Below, piece after piece: positions 25,406 through 36,932 of a stretch of DNA of 64,000 bases. The translations under genes and the position numbers were made by a program. The notes beneath the pieces were generated by a model. It did no database searches. It worked only from the letters and a program-made list of their open reading frames with translations, and was not told the origin of the DNA. The DNA is from Mobula hypostoma (lineage: Eukaryota), in contig NC_086097.1 of the NCBI RefSeq assembly GCF_963921235.1, forward strand, positions 87,608,001-87,672,000, given 5' to 3'. How positions within the stretch are numbered: the stretch's first letter is position 1; each line of letters starts with the position of its first letter.

Positions 25406-25704
25406 TATACAGACAACATCCACCTCCTCCCTGTCTTCATCAACCTTCCTTGTAACCTCCTCGTTCCATAGGTTGTTACATTGTTATACTGTCATCTTGC
25501 TTCTAAATGGATCTTTGGAACCTTGACCTCTGTGGCTTGATGCTGTTGGTTTGATACCATCCAAGTAAATGCTTTGGAAAGTGAAAGGAGACCATTTGTC
25601 CCCTCTAGCCTCTGCTGCCATTTTGTGAGACTCGGGGTTGAAAGTTGGCGTAACTATCACACAGTAGCTCCTACCTTTTGCTGAGTACCAATTACAGGCA
25701 CCAG

Positions 25705-26432
25705 ATTAAAACTAAACCTAGCATTAGTTTTGGTCACCCTACTGTAGAAAGGGCATAGTTAAACTGGAAAGAGTGCAGAGAAGATTTATGAGGATATTGC
25801 TATGTCTCAAGGGCCTGAATTATGGGGAGATACTAGTCAGACTAAGTTTTTATTTCTTGCCACATAGGACGATGATGGATGAATAGAAGTATTAAAAATT
25901 GATTGTGTGGATGATAAACAACAGGAATACTGCAGATGCTGGAAATTCAAGCAACACACATCAAAGTTGCTGGTGAACGCAACAGGCCAGGCAGCATCTC
26001 TAGGAAGAGGTACAGTCTCGGCCTGAAAAGTCGACTGTACCTCTTCCTAGAGATGCTGCCTGGCCTGCTGCATTCACCAGCAACTTTGATGTGTGTTGTG
26101 TGGATGGTAGTAGTGTTTTCCCCAGGGTAGGGAAGCCCTAAGGTAGGGGGAATGAACTTGGGGTGAGAGCAGAAAGATTTAAAAGGGATCTGAGGGCCAA
26201 CTTTTCTCCATGCAATGGGTGGTGAGTATATAGAACTAGCTGTCAGAGGAAGTGGTTGAGGTAGGTGCAATAATAGTATAATTTTAGAAACACTTGGATA
26301 GGTAAACAGTGGGGCAGGGCTTGGAGGGGTATCTGCCAAACACAGGAATTGGGACTAGCTGGGTACATACTGTAGCCAGCATGGACTGTGTGGGCTACAG
26401 GGTCTGTATCCATGCTGTATTGCTCTTTCACT
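25705..26432 (+). mobile_element. CR1 3' portion
   Basis: ttttggtcaccctactgtagaaagggc...ctggaaagagtgcagagaagatttatgagg (WSP..RK..LERVQRRF); 3' end gggtctgtatccatgctgtattgctct. Confidence 0.8.
25917..26098. mobile_element. Penelope-derived palindromic mini-element
   Basis: 66-bp inverted arms 25952-26017 and 26033-26098; flanked by ttgtgtggatgata / ttgtgtggatggta. Confidence 0.85.
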
Positions 26433-26579
26433 CTGTTAGTCTTTTTTTATGGTAGTTCTCCAAATTTCACCCACACATAAATTTTCAAAGTTCTATTCCC
26501 CAGTTACCTCAACCTGTAGAAATACTTGCTCCCCCTCTGCCTTAACTTTTACACCTGATGCCCTAATTCTCAATAGCAT

Positions 26580-26770
26580 CCAGATGGTGGGGGGTCCCCG
26601 ATGATGGATGATGTTTTCCTGAGACATCACCTCTTGAAGATGTCCTCGATGATGGGGAGAGCAGTTCCTGTAATGGGACTGGTTAAGTCCATCACTCTGT
26701 GTAGTCGCCTGCATTTCTGTGCATTGGAGTTCCTACACCAAACCATGAAGCAACCAATCAGAGTACTAAT
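26580..26770 (-). mobile_element. Rex1/Babar fragment
   Basis: Reverse complement of the WY...KMQATTQ...PIIEDIFKR...IIHHR region shared with other Rex copies here. Confidence 0.6.
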
Positions 26771-27865
26771 TCCACTTCTGTTTTGTTCTACCTGCTTTAC
26801 TCCACCTAATGGATAGTTCAGCAGGGACTCCTTACTGCACTGAAGCTGCTTTGTAAATGTAAGATTTGACTGCTCAAGTTTAATTTTATTGCGAATGTTT
26901 AGATCAAATCACTTGATGGTTCCTTCAATTCTGTGAATTGAATGCAAATGCTTTTGAGGTCTAATACAAATTTCATGCATTCAGTAGTTAAACACATACC
27001 TGGCTCCAGATATGTGCTGTTTCAAAGCTTGTGCATCAGAGATAGTACATTCCTTAATTGAATGCTTGTGTTTGGACATTGAATGGTTGGGCCATGAGTT
27101 GTAATCACTGCAAATAAGATGTATTTGTATTGGACAGTAAAACTTTGACTTCAATGTGATTTCAATTAAGAGTTTCAGCCAAAGATGACAGCTTATTCCT
27201 CACCATAAATGCTGCCTGACATGATTATATCATCTAGCACTTTGTGTATGTTGCTCAGTATTTTCATCATCTGCAAAATCTTTTGTGTCTTCATTTCAAG
27301 GCTTCTGTTTTCCTTCAGGTCAAGTAGTTGATCCTTTGAGCATTGGCATGAAACAATTATGCCCAGCTGTAGCTGCAAAAGCTTGGAAATAGATGTATAT
27401 TATTAGTGGTGCCATCTCTTGAACTATTGCAAGGTGTTAATGAGTCTACGGTGTTACTTGGAGCCAGAGCAGGGAACTTTATTTCTTCCCCCACCTCATG
27501 CCCTGGGGCCAACATGTATCCCTCAACCAACATTACCTGAAAGGGCAACAAAGGAGACTGCAAATGCTGGAAACTGGCTATCTGAGGATATATGTGGGGC
27601 AAATCTTTTTTACAGAGTAGTGGGTACCTGAATTGGGCTGCTAGGTATAATGATGGAAACCCTGCTGTGGCTGACAAATCCATCCCACTAGTGTCTCAGA
27701 CACACCATAAAATACCAGAACAGATTTGGGCCATTTGGCCCATCAATCTTCACTGCTATTCATTCATGACTGATTATTTTCTTTCTCAACCCCCATTATA
27801 TTCCCCTCCCTCCATAATTTTTATTTATTTTATTATTATATAGTAATTTATGTCCCCGCACAAGT

Positions 27866-28657
27866 AAGTTCATAGTCATACTTTATTGATCCCAGGGGAA
27901 ATTGATTTTCATTACAGTTGCATCATAACTAATAAATAGTAATAGAAACATAAATAGTTGTATAGTAATTTGTAAATTATGCCAGTAAATTATGAAGTAA
28001 GTCCAGGACCAGCCTATTGGCTCAGGGTGTCTGACCCTCCAAGGGAGGAGTTGTAAAGTTTGATGGCCACAGGCAGGAATGACTTCCTATGGCACTCTGT
28101 GCTACATCTCGGTGGAATGAGTCTCTGGCTGAATGTACTCCTGTGCCCAACCAGTACATTATGTAGTGGATAGGAGACATTGACCAAGATGGCATGCAAC
28201 TTGGACAGCATCCTCTTTTCAGACACCACCATCAGAGAGTCCAGTTCCATTCCCACAACATCACTGGCCTTACGAATGAATTTGTTGATTCTGTTGGTGT
28301 CTGCTACCCCCAGCCTGCTGCCCCAGCACACACCAGCGAACATGATAGCACTGGCCACCACAGACTCGTAGAGCATCCTCAGCATCGTCCGGCAGATGTT
28401 AAAGGACCTCAGTCTCCTCAGGAAATAGAGACAGCTCTGACCCTTCTTGTAGACAGCCTCAGTGTTCTTTGACCAGTCCAGTTTATTGTCAATACGTATC
28501 CCCAGGTATTTGTAATCCTCCACTGTGTCCACACTGACCCCCTGGATGGAAACAGGGGTCACCGGTACCTTAGCTCTCCTCAGGTCTACCACCAGCTCCT
28601 TAGTCTTTTTCACATTAAGCTGCAGATAATTCTGCTCACACCATGTGACAAAGTTCC
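27866..28657 (-). mobile_element. Young 5'-truncated Rex1/Babar LINE
   Basis: Uninterrupted 199-aa minus ORF KTKELVVDLRR...YKYLGIRIDNKLDW...LYFLRRLRSF...SFLPVAIKLYNSS; tail catagtcatactttattgatccc. Confidence 0.92.
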
Positions 28658-29214
28658 TGTCATAATTGAGATAATAAATCTGATTTTAATTCTAGTCCTG
28701 AAACCCATTACATAATTTGGGAGCTCTTCAGCTGGGGAGGTCCTGTGTAAGATAACAAATCAGCAAAATTGGAATGGAGGAGTAGACTTGATGGACTGAA
28801 TGGCCTAATTCTGTCCATCAAGCTTTATCATTTATTCTCAAATCAAGATACTGAGTAAAATCCTTCAGCATGTATGGGGCAACATACTAAAGGGAAGTGT
28901 ATAACTCCACATAAATTGCACATTTCTTCAAAGGATTTTGTCTTTGTAGCTGCATGTGATGATGGAAGTGATCAAGCTGGTGAGAAATCTGACAATGTAA
29001 TGTGTTTCTAAAACTGTTAATTGAGTCCTTGGGATTTACCATATTCCCTAGTGTTTTGAAAGTAGTAGATTGGAACAGGAATGTGGGCTGCAGGACCACT
29101 TAATGATCGGAGAGTCCAGACTGGGGTACAGAAAGCCTCTATCACAATAAGAAGCCTTCAGGTTCAGCTATCTTTTTCTGCTTTGTCAAAGTCATAGTCA
29201 AATCAAATCAAACA

Positions 29215-29478
29215 CCTTACTGACCCTGGACATTCTCACTTCTCCATCCCCTCAGATAGGGAAGAAGATACAAAAAGATGGACTCTTGACCTCACAATCT
29301 GCCTAATTGTCTGCCTGAACTATCTCTGTAACTGTAACGATTTATTCTGCATTCTATTATTGTTTTCGCTTGTACTCTCTCAATAGGCTGTTGTAATTAA
29401 TTGATACATATGGTTGATTTGTAAAGTAACGTTTTTTCACTATAATCTCAGTATACACAACAATAATAAACCAATTTA
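29215..29478 (+). mobile_element. Rex1/Babar 3' end
   Basis: ccctggacattctcacttctcc...gggaagaagatacaaaa followed by UTR ending caataataaaccaattt. Confidence 0.6.
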
Positions 29479-29537
29479 CTCATAACCTTCCTTTGCGATA
29501 AGGTCAAAAGTGTGGAAATTTTGATGTTAAACTACAA

Positions 29538-30222
29538 AACCATAAGACATGAGTGGAGAATTAGGCCATCTAGCCCATTGAATCTACTCTGTCATTTGAT
29601 CATGGCTAGTTTATTTTCCCTCTCAACCACATTCCCCTGCCTTCTCCCTCCCTGTTGCCTGACACTTTACTAATCAAGAACCTATTAGCTCCTCTTTAAA
29701 TAGAACCTGTGACTTAGCTGCCATAGCTCTCTGTGGCAATGACTTCCACGGGTTCAACACCCGTTGGCTAAAGAAATTCCTGTTTTTCTAAAGGGACATC
29801 TTTAGAGGCCTTTGGTCTTAGACTCTTCAATATTGGAAACAACCCCTTCAAGTCTACTCTATCTATATTCAATGTCTCCTTTCAATATTCAGTAGGCTTC
29901 AATGAGATCACATGTTATTCTTCTAATCTCTAGTGAGTACAGGCCAAGAGCCATCAAACACTCCTCAAACATTAATCCTTTCATTTCTGAGATCATTCTC
30001 GTAAACTTCCTCTGGAACCTCTCCAGTGCCAGGACATCCATCCTTAGAGACAACCCAAAACTGCTCACAATATTCCAATTATGGTCTGACCCATTCCTTA
30101 TAAAGACCCAGCATTACATCCTTGCTTTTATATTCCAGTCCTCTCAAAATGAATGCTAACATTGCATTTGCTTTACTACTGACTTAACCTGCATGTTAAC
30201 ATTTAGGGAACCCTGCAGTAGG
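29538..30222 (-). mobile_element. CR1 3' portion
   Basis: Starts with reverse CR1 tail accataagacat...aattaggccat; further in aaaactgctcacaatattcca (LEYCEQF). Confidence 0.8.
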
Positions 30223-30394
30223 GCTCCTTTAGGAAATCTTGCATTAGGACTTTCAAATTCCTTTGCAATTTCGATGCTGAGCAGTATAGGGTTCAGCTTA
30301 GTAACTTGGAACATGAAGCAATCTATGCCTGAATGCTGGAAAACCCGCGCAAAATTCTGGAATGGTTATATTGATGATATAAAATGATGTTTAC

Positions 30395-30825
30395 ACTACT
30401 CAGCACCAGCCAGCTCAATGCAACCTGCATGTTCAATGGCTCACTTTCCACTATGAACATTTACCTCTTCATCTACCATTGTATAGCTCCTATGTGCACT
30501 ACCTACCAAAAATTCACTGCAATTGCTTGCTTAGACTGCAGCGACAGTAACTATAAATCCCAAACTCCTTGATTGTAGGGGAAATAGGAACTTCATCTGC
30601 AGGATCCCTCTCAGGTTACACACTTCCTGATTTGAAAATAATGTCACCGTTCATTCATCATTACTGTTTTCAAAGTCCTGGAATTTCCCATCAATAGTGC
30701 CGAAAAACTTTAAGAGATGGACCGCAAAAGTGTAAGGAGGATGTTTCCCACCATCTCAAGGGCAATTAGGGATGGATGACAAATGTTGGTCTTGGTGGTG
30801 GTGCTCATATCCCACAAATCAGTAA
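30395..30825 (+). mobile_element. Old CR1/L2-group LINE 3' end
   Basis: Ends caccatctcaagggcaattagggatgg...aaatgttggtcttg...gctcatatccca; same family as 63548-64000 in the opposite orientation. Confidence 0.55.
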
Positions 30826-30939
30826 AAAGCCAGACTACAATTGGCCATGCAAATTGCTGAATTCAAGCGATAGTGGCATATTTTTCCTTGATCTCCAATT
30901 CTGTTTCAAGTTGTGACGCGAATGAGATCTTTCTGAATG

Positions 30940-31452
30940 GCATTCATTTCGAGGGGATTAGAATATAAAAACATGCATGTAAAGCTGAGGCTTTATAAGG
31001 CACAGAGGAGGTTCACTAAAATGATTCTGGTATTGATAAGCTTATCATATAAGGAACATTTGATGGCCCTGGCCCTGTACTCACTGGAATCTCATTGAAA
31101 CCTATCGAATGTTATAAGGCCTAGTTAGGAGTGGATATGGAGAGGATGCTTCCTATAGTGAAGTCTAGAACCTCGGTATAGAGGTATGTCCATTTAGAAT
31201 GGAGATGAGGAATTTATTTAGCCAGAGGGTGGTGAATCTGTGGAATTTGTTGCCGTAGCTGGCTGTGGAGGCCAAGCCATTGGTTGGCTTTAAGGTGGGG
31301 ATTGATGGATTCTTGATAAATCAGGATGTGAATAGTTACAGGGAGAAGGCAAGAGAATGGAGTTGAGAGAAAAATGGATCAGCTATGATCAAATGGTGAA
31401 GCAGACTTGATAGGCCAAATGGCCTGTTTCTTCTCCTATGTCTTGCGGTTTT
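30940..31452 (+). mobile_element. CR1 3' portion with internal deletions
   Basis: ctgaggctttataaggca, tttagccagagggtggtgaatctgtggaat (FSQRVVNLWN); tail gccaaatggcctgtttcttctcctatgtct. Confidence 0.8.
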
Positions 31453-32554
31453 AAGGTGTTAAATTGCAAGTAACCATGATTAGCACTTGTTTTATCATAA
31501 GCATCAAAAATACTCCATTTTGTTCTATGTAGCTTTTCTTTTCCAATATTTCTATACAAAATTATTAACTGTCATTTCAGAACAAAAAACTTATGAAGCT
31601 TTGATCTCAAGACAAAGGAATTTTTGTGAACAGGCAAGTACAGGGCGTGAAAACTACAGTATATGAGCAGGATCTACAGCAGCAATGTAATCAATGCATT
31701 GTCTCTGAAGATATTAAAATGACCTTCAGCGCATTTTCAGAATTTTTGTGTTTATGAATTCATTTTGCAACAAACAATCTTGTGTTTCTTGTCTATTTTG
31801 ACCCGATGCATTTGGTTCACATATATTTTGCAGCTTTGATATTTAATAAGGCTATGCTATTGGTGGGTTACATTGTGCAACAGTACTTTAGAAGAGGCAA
31901 AGTAAATGCTGTGCCACATGTTGGAAACATGTTCTAGATTTAATGCATTAGTACATAGCATAGTTCCTGTAGAAACAGAAAATGCAGCAAAATCTAGGTT
32001 GGTCTGCATCTGTGGGCAGAGAGAGACAGTTCAGATCCACCAGTATCTTTCTTCAGGCCTTTCCAATGGAAGGTCATCGGCCTGAAAAGATGGCTTCTGC
32101 AGAGATGTTGCTTGATCTATTTTATTAATCACTTTCTGTTTTTATTCTCATTTGATTTTATGAGCTGTGCTCAATTAAATGATTTCAGCCGGCAGTTCTT
32201 TCAGTTGATATTGCTGGAAAAAATACCCAAAGTTTTCATTTCTGATTCCATCCGGTTATTCTCACTAGATCGCGATTTATAAAATTTCAATGGAAAACCA
32301 GTTAGGCCTCTGTGTGATGTGGCATGATAGTTAAGTTGGCTTTATTACTTTGGTATTCGAATGAAGAATTGTGGCGGATTGGTAAAGCTAAACGAAGTGT
32401 ACCCTAGCATAATTCTAAGCAGAAGAGATTTTGCAGATGCTGGGAATCTTGAGTAACAAAAATACTGGAGGAACTCAGCAAGTCAGGTATGGTGAGGAAT
32501 GGAGTTCCTCACGGGTGAAGTCCTGGTGAAGATTTTAGTTTTGCATATTGGAAT

Positions 32555-32705
32555 AAATACAAGTTGCTTGAGATAGCATGACTGTCTGCAAGTTGAGCGA
32601 ATTGTCACATCTCTACTAAGGATTAAACAAATGCAAGTTGTTTGAGATAGCATGACTGTCTGCAAGTTGAGCGAATTGTCACATCTCTACTAAGGATTAA
32701 ACAAA
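32555..32705. repeat. Tandem duplication, 2 x 74 bp
   Basis: caagttg(c/t)ttgagatagcatgactgtctgcaagttgagcgaattgtcacatctctactaaggattaaacaaa starts at 32560 and again at 32634. Confidence 0.95.
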
Positions 32706-33591
32706 CTTTTTATGTGAATACGTCCATCAAATTTTGTGGTTGAACTAGATTTTTAGGCAACCATGTTTGATTTAAAGTAAATCAGATTAGGCAAATTTCC
32801 TCTGCATCTACAGAGAGTGAGTTCAGTAAGATGAAATGGAGTTACCATTTAAATTGAAATCCCAGAGGCTGGTAAAGGTTCAGCTGAATTTTTTGCATTT
32901 TTTTTTATGCTATCTTTTGGAATCGAAGATTACTTGCTTTCACTCTGGTTTTGTAGTTTCTCATTGGCATAAGGCCAATATGAGAACTGTAGGCTAAACT
33001 CAGTTTGTAAGTACTGTGTTGCTGACATAGCTCTAAAAGTTTGGAAATAGATGTACATTACAAGGTGTAAATAAGTCCACGGAGTTGCTTGTAGCAAAAG
33101 CAGGGAACTTCTCCCGCCTCATGCCCTGGGGCCAGTATATATCCCTCAACCAAAATTGCTGAAAGGGGCAACACAGGAGACTGCAGATGCTGGAATCTGG
33201 AGCAACAAACTGTCAGTGGGCATGTGTGGGGCAAATCATTTTTTTTTTACAGAGAGGTGGGTGCCAGGAATGGTATGCCGGGGGAACTACAAGGTAAGGA
33301 GTTTGTTGTCCTGTGTCCCATTTCTTATTGTCAGCTTGACCTGTGAAATCTGAGATCATATTTGAGAAAGGATTGTGCTGGTGAACCTGACTCTGCAGCA
33401 GCTGAAATCTGGTGTTTGTTAAAAGGAAGAAACATTTTGCAAGCAATGAGATACAAATCAATTGCTAACAAGTCACAGGCAGCAGTTTCTATTGCTCTCT
33501 AAAGCACATTTCATTCTAGTGGAAGACTTTCACATGAGATTTTCAGAACAAAGGAAGTCCATTAGGATTATTAAACTATTCTATTCAATTT

Positions 33592-34488
33592 TTGAGGCCT
33601 CTGTCACTCAGAGTTGACTATGGATATTGTGGCCTCGTTGTCTAGATTTGTGTTGGTGCATGGCCAAGTGATTAAGGCGTTCATCTAGTGATCTGAAGGT
33701 CGCTAGTTCAAGCATCAGCTAAGGCAGTGTGTTGTGTCCTTGAGCATGGCACTTAACCACACATTGCTCTGCGCCGACACTGGTGCCAAGCTGTATTGGC
33801 CCTAGTGCCCTTGGACAACATCAGTGGCGTGGAGAGGGGAGACTTGCAGCATGGGCAACTGCCGGTCTTCCATACAACCTTCCAAGACACAAACCCATGG
33901 TCTCATGAGACTAATGGATGCCTATTTTAAAAAAATGTCTAGATGCTCAAGCCTAGGCAGTACAATATGGAGAGCAGACTGTTGCCCATGTAGCAAGCTC
34001 CCCCTCCCTCTTCACACATCTAATGAGCTCAAAGGAACAGCTGAGACTGATACAGCTTGGTACCAGGAATGTCATGGAAGTTGCAGTCAACATTGAACTC
34101 TATATAGGACTGCCTTAGGAACTCCAGCTCCAGGTTTTTCCCCTCGGGGGTTTACTCGCAAAGTCTTCCCTATGGGTGTGTATAGCCGCAAGGCAGCAGA
34201 GGTTTGAGATCAGTTTTCCTTCTCCTAGATGAGCTGCCAACCATGGATTTGAGCCCCATCTGCCCGAAGCAACTGGTTCTCGGGGGTCAGTATCCCATCT
34301 TTGCCCCTCCCCCTCCCGTCAGTAGAAACTGTTCTGCCAGGCTTAGTAGCTAAGGCATATATGAAGGCCATTGAGCTGGACTTGGTTGTCAGAGGTTTTT
34401 TGAGGCACATACAATTGGGAGCATTTAATAGGTAGTGGGAGCTTATCCATTACCCCCCCCCCCCCCGGCTATAACAACCTTAACAAAC
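33592..34488 (-). mobile_element. Non-coding retroelement (probable RTE-related non-autonomous element), interrupted by a SINE
   Basis: Colinear with a second, shorter copy at 48983-49383; no ORF; family assignment is inference. Confidence 0.6.
33648..33935 (+). mobile_element. tRNA-derived SINE with CORE-like segment
   Basis: A-box TGGCCAAGTGA, B-box-like AGTTCAAGC, gtgtccttgagcatggcacttaacc, A-tail; 9-bp TSD TGTCTAGAT at 33639-33647 and 33936-33944. Confidence 0.85.
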
Positions 34489-34924
34489 CAATTACTCATT
34501 ATCGTAACATGTATCGTCCTCAAAATCAACTTCTGTTTTTAAAATTTGTTAATTGAGTAGGTAAGGTGGGAGGTTTCCACTAATGTTTTTAAAAAAATGC
34601 TTGTCCAAAATAACACCAACAAATTACTTAGCTCTAAGTGATTTTCATACTGGTAAAATTCTGTGATATTGAGGTGTGAGATCTTGTAGCAAAAAAAAAG
34701 AGATTGGGCTTACGTATTGAATTTTTACCTCTGGGACCAAGATTCATATTAAACTCTGAAATGGGGCTTGAAGTCCTCATCTTGTTTTAGAGGCAACTCA
34801 GAATAAATTGAGAGAGACTGATATTGATCCCAGCAACATTTCAGATGATAAACATTTGCCACTTGGAAATAAGCTGGTTTGGTCAAAAAATATAGGGAAA
34901 TTGATGGTATGGTGAGGAATGGTA

Positions 34925-36462
34925 TGACGACGGGCCCAGTTGGTGTCCCAGGACGGGTTCTCCGGGCCTGTGCAAGCGAGCTAGCTGGAGTGTTTGCTGA
35001 CATCTTCAACTGCTCCTTGCTGCAGTCTAAGATCCCCTCGTGCTTTCAGAAGGCAATGATAATCCCAGTGCCGAAGAAGAGCAAGGTGGCATGCCTGAAT
35101 GACTATCGACCTGTGGCTCTGACATCAATTGCTATGAAGTGCTTTGAGAGATTGGTTATGGCACACATCAACCACAGCCTACCAGTCAACCTCAAAGCTT
35201 TGCAATTCGCCTACTGAAGCAACAGGTCAATGGCAGATGCCATCTCTCTGGTCCTATATTCCTCCTTAGAACACCTGGAGAATAAAGATGTATACATAAG
35301 GCTCCTTTTCATTGACTACAGCTCTGCCTTTAATACCATCATTCCAAATAAACTGATTCCCAGGCCCAGGTTCCAGAGCTTTAGCACTCAGATCTGCAGC
35401 TGGGTCTTCAACTTCCTCACAGACAGGACCCAGGCAGTAAAAATAGGGGACAAGCTTCCTTCTACAATCACTCTGAGCACCGGTGCCCCACAAGGTGCTC
35501 AGTCCCCTGCTGTGCTCACTGTACACCCATGATTGTGTAGCCAAGTTTCCATTGAACTCAATATATAAGTTTGCTGATGACACAACAATTGTAGGCCGTA
35601 TCTCGGGTAATGATGGTGGCATGGTGCGAAGACAATAACCTATCCATCAGTGTCAGCAAGACGAAGGAATTGGTTGTTGACTTAAGAAGGAGTAGCGGAC
35701 TGCACGACCCAATTTACATCGGTGGTGCACAAGTGGAACAGGTCAAAAGCTTTAAGTTCCTCGGGGTCAATATCACAAATGACCTGACTTGGTCCAACCA
35801 AGCAGAGTTCGCTGCCAAGAAGGCCCAACAGCGCCTTTACTTCCTGAGAAAACTAAAGAAATTTGGCCTGTCCCCTAAAACCCTCACTAATTTTTATAGA
35901 TGCACTGTAGAAAGCATTCTTCTAGGGTGCATCACAACCTGGTATGGAAGTTGTCCTGTCCAAGACCGGAAGAAGCTGCAGAAGATCGTGAACATGGCAC
36001 AGCACATCACACAAACCAATCTTCCATCCATGGACTCACTTTACACCACACGCTGTCGGAGCAGTGCTGCTAGGATAATCAAGGACACGACCCATCCAGC
36101 CAACACACTTTTCGTCCCTCTTCCCTCCGGGAAAAGGCCAGGAGCTTGAAGACTCGTACAGCCAGATTTGGGAACAGTTTCTTTCCAACTGTGATAAGAC
36201 TGCTGAATGGATCCTGACCCGGATCTGGGCCATACCCTCAAATATCTGGACCTGGTTCTCAGTTTTTTGGCACTACCTTACTTTCCATTTTTCTATTTTC
36301 TATTTATGATTTATAATTTAAATTTTTAATATTTGCTAAATTCTTACTATTTTTAATATTTAATATTTGTAATCCAGGGAGTGGGAAGCGCAGAATCAAA
36401 TATCGCTGTGATGATTGTACGTTCTAGTACCAATTGTTTGACGACAATAAAGTATAAAGTAT
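34925..36462 (+). mobile_element. Rex1/Babar LINE, RT domain to 3' end, lightly mutated
   Basis: ORFs 34879-35217 ([33 protein letters not shown]), 35230-35532 (LLFIDYSSAFNTI...GAPQG), KFADDTT at ~35567-35587, and 35610-36149; tail aataaagtataaagtata. Confidence 0.95.
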
Positions 36463-36531
36463 ATTGTCACACTATGCTAGATTAGCTTCATTTGTCACAT
36501 GTACATTGAAACATAGAAACAGACAGTGAAA

Positions 36532-36932
36532 CATATACAAAATGCTGGAGAAACTCAGCAGATCATGCCGAAGGGTTTTGGCCTGAAATATCGACTGTAC
36601 ATTTTGCAACAGACGCTGCCTGACCTGCTGAATTCCTCCAGCATTTTGTGTGTGTTGCTTGGATTTCCAGCATCTGCAGATTTTAAGCAAGACACGTCAA
36701 AGTTGCTGGTGAACGCAGCAAGCCTTTCAGCTTCTCTAGGAAGAGGTACAGTCGACGTTTCGGGCCAAGACCCTTCGTCAGGATGAAGGGTCTCGGCCGA
36801 AATGTCAACTGTACCTCTTCCTAGAGATGCTGCATGGCCTGCTGCATTCACCAGCAACTTTGTAGTGTTGCTTGAATTTCTAGCATCTGCAGAATTCCTC
36901 GTGTTTACATCTGCAGATTTTCTCTTGTTTGT
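36532..36932. mobile_element. Two nested Penelope-derived palindromic mini-elements (inner copy 36685-36907)
   Basis: Outer TSD aacagac(a/g)gtgaaa at 36518-36531 and 36933-36946; inner TSD catctgcagatttt at 36671-36684 and 36908-36921. Confidence 0.8.
36749..36781 (-). ncRNA. Minimal type I hammerhead ribozyme core (Penelope-type); stem I 5' strand largely missing
   Basis: Minus strand CUGACGA-A-GGGU CUUG GCCC-GAAA-CG-UC-GACUG: CUGANGA box, stem II hairpin, GAAA box, GUC cleavage triplet. Confidence 0.6.

Larger units (their letters stand above)
24430..25465 (-). mobile_element. CR1 RT fragment hosting a hAT MITE and a Harbinger element
   Basis: Minus strand QQGLVLGLLFFIIHINDLD (CR1 PQGSVLGP motif) and ...gatgttgtctg (VDVVY-like), split by the two insertions. 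Confidence 0.7.

Noticed and set aside
28014..28613. Uninterrupted 199-aa ORF as a host gene
   Set aside because: It is the C-terminal part of a 5'-truncated Rex1/Babar ORF with its own tail.
32555..32705. Direct repeats as a possible CRISPR array
   Set aside because: Two abutting 74-bp copies with no spacers and no cas genes, in eukaryotic context.
33648..33725. tRNA-like sequence as a tRNA gene
   Set aside because: No complete cloverleaf; it is the head of a SINE with body, A-tail and TSD. The same applies to 10470-10541.
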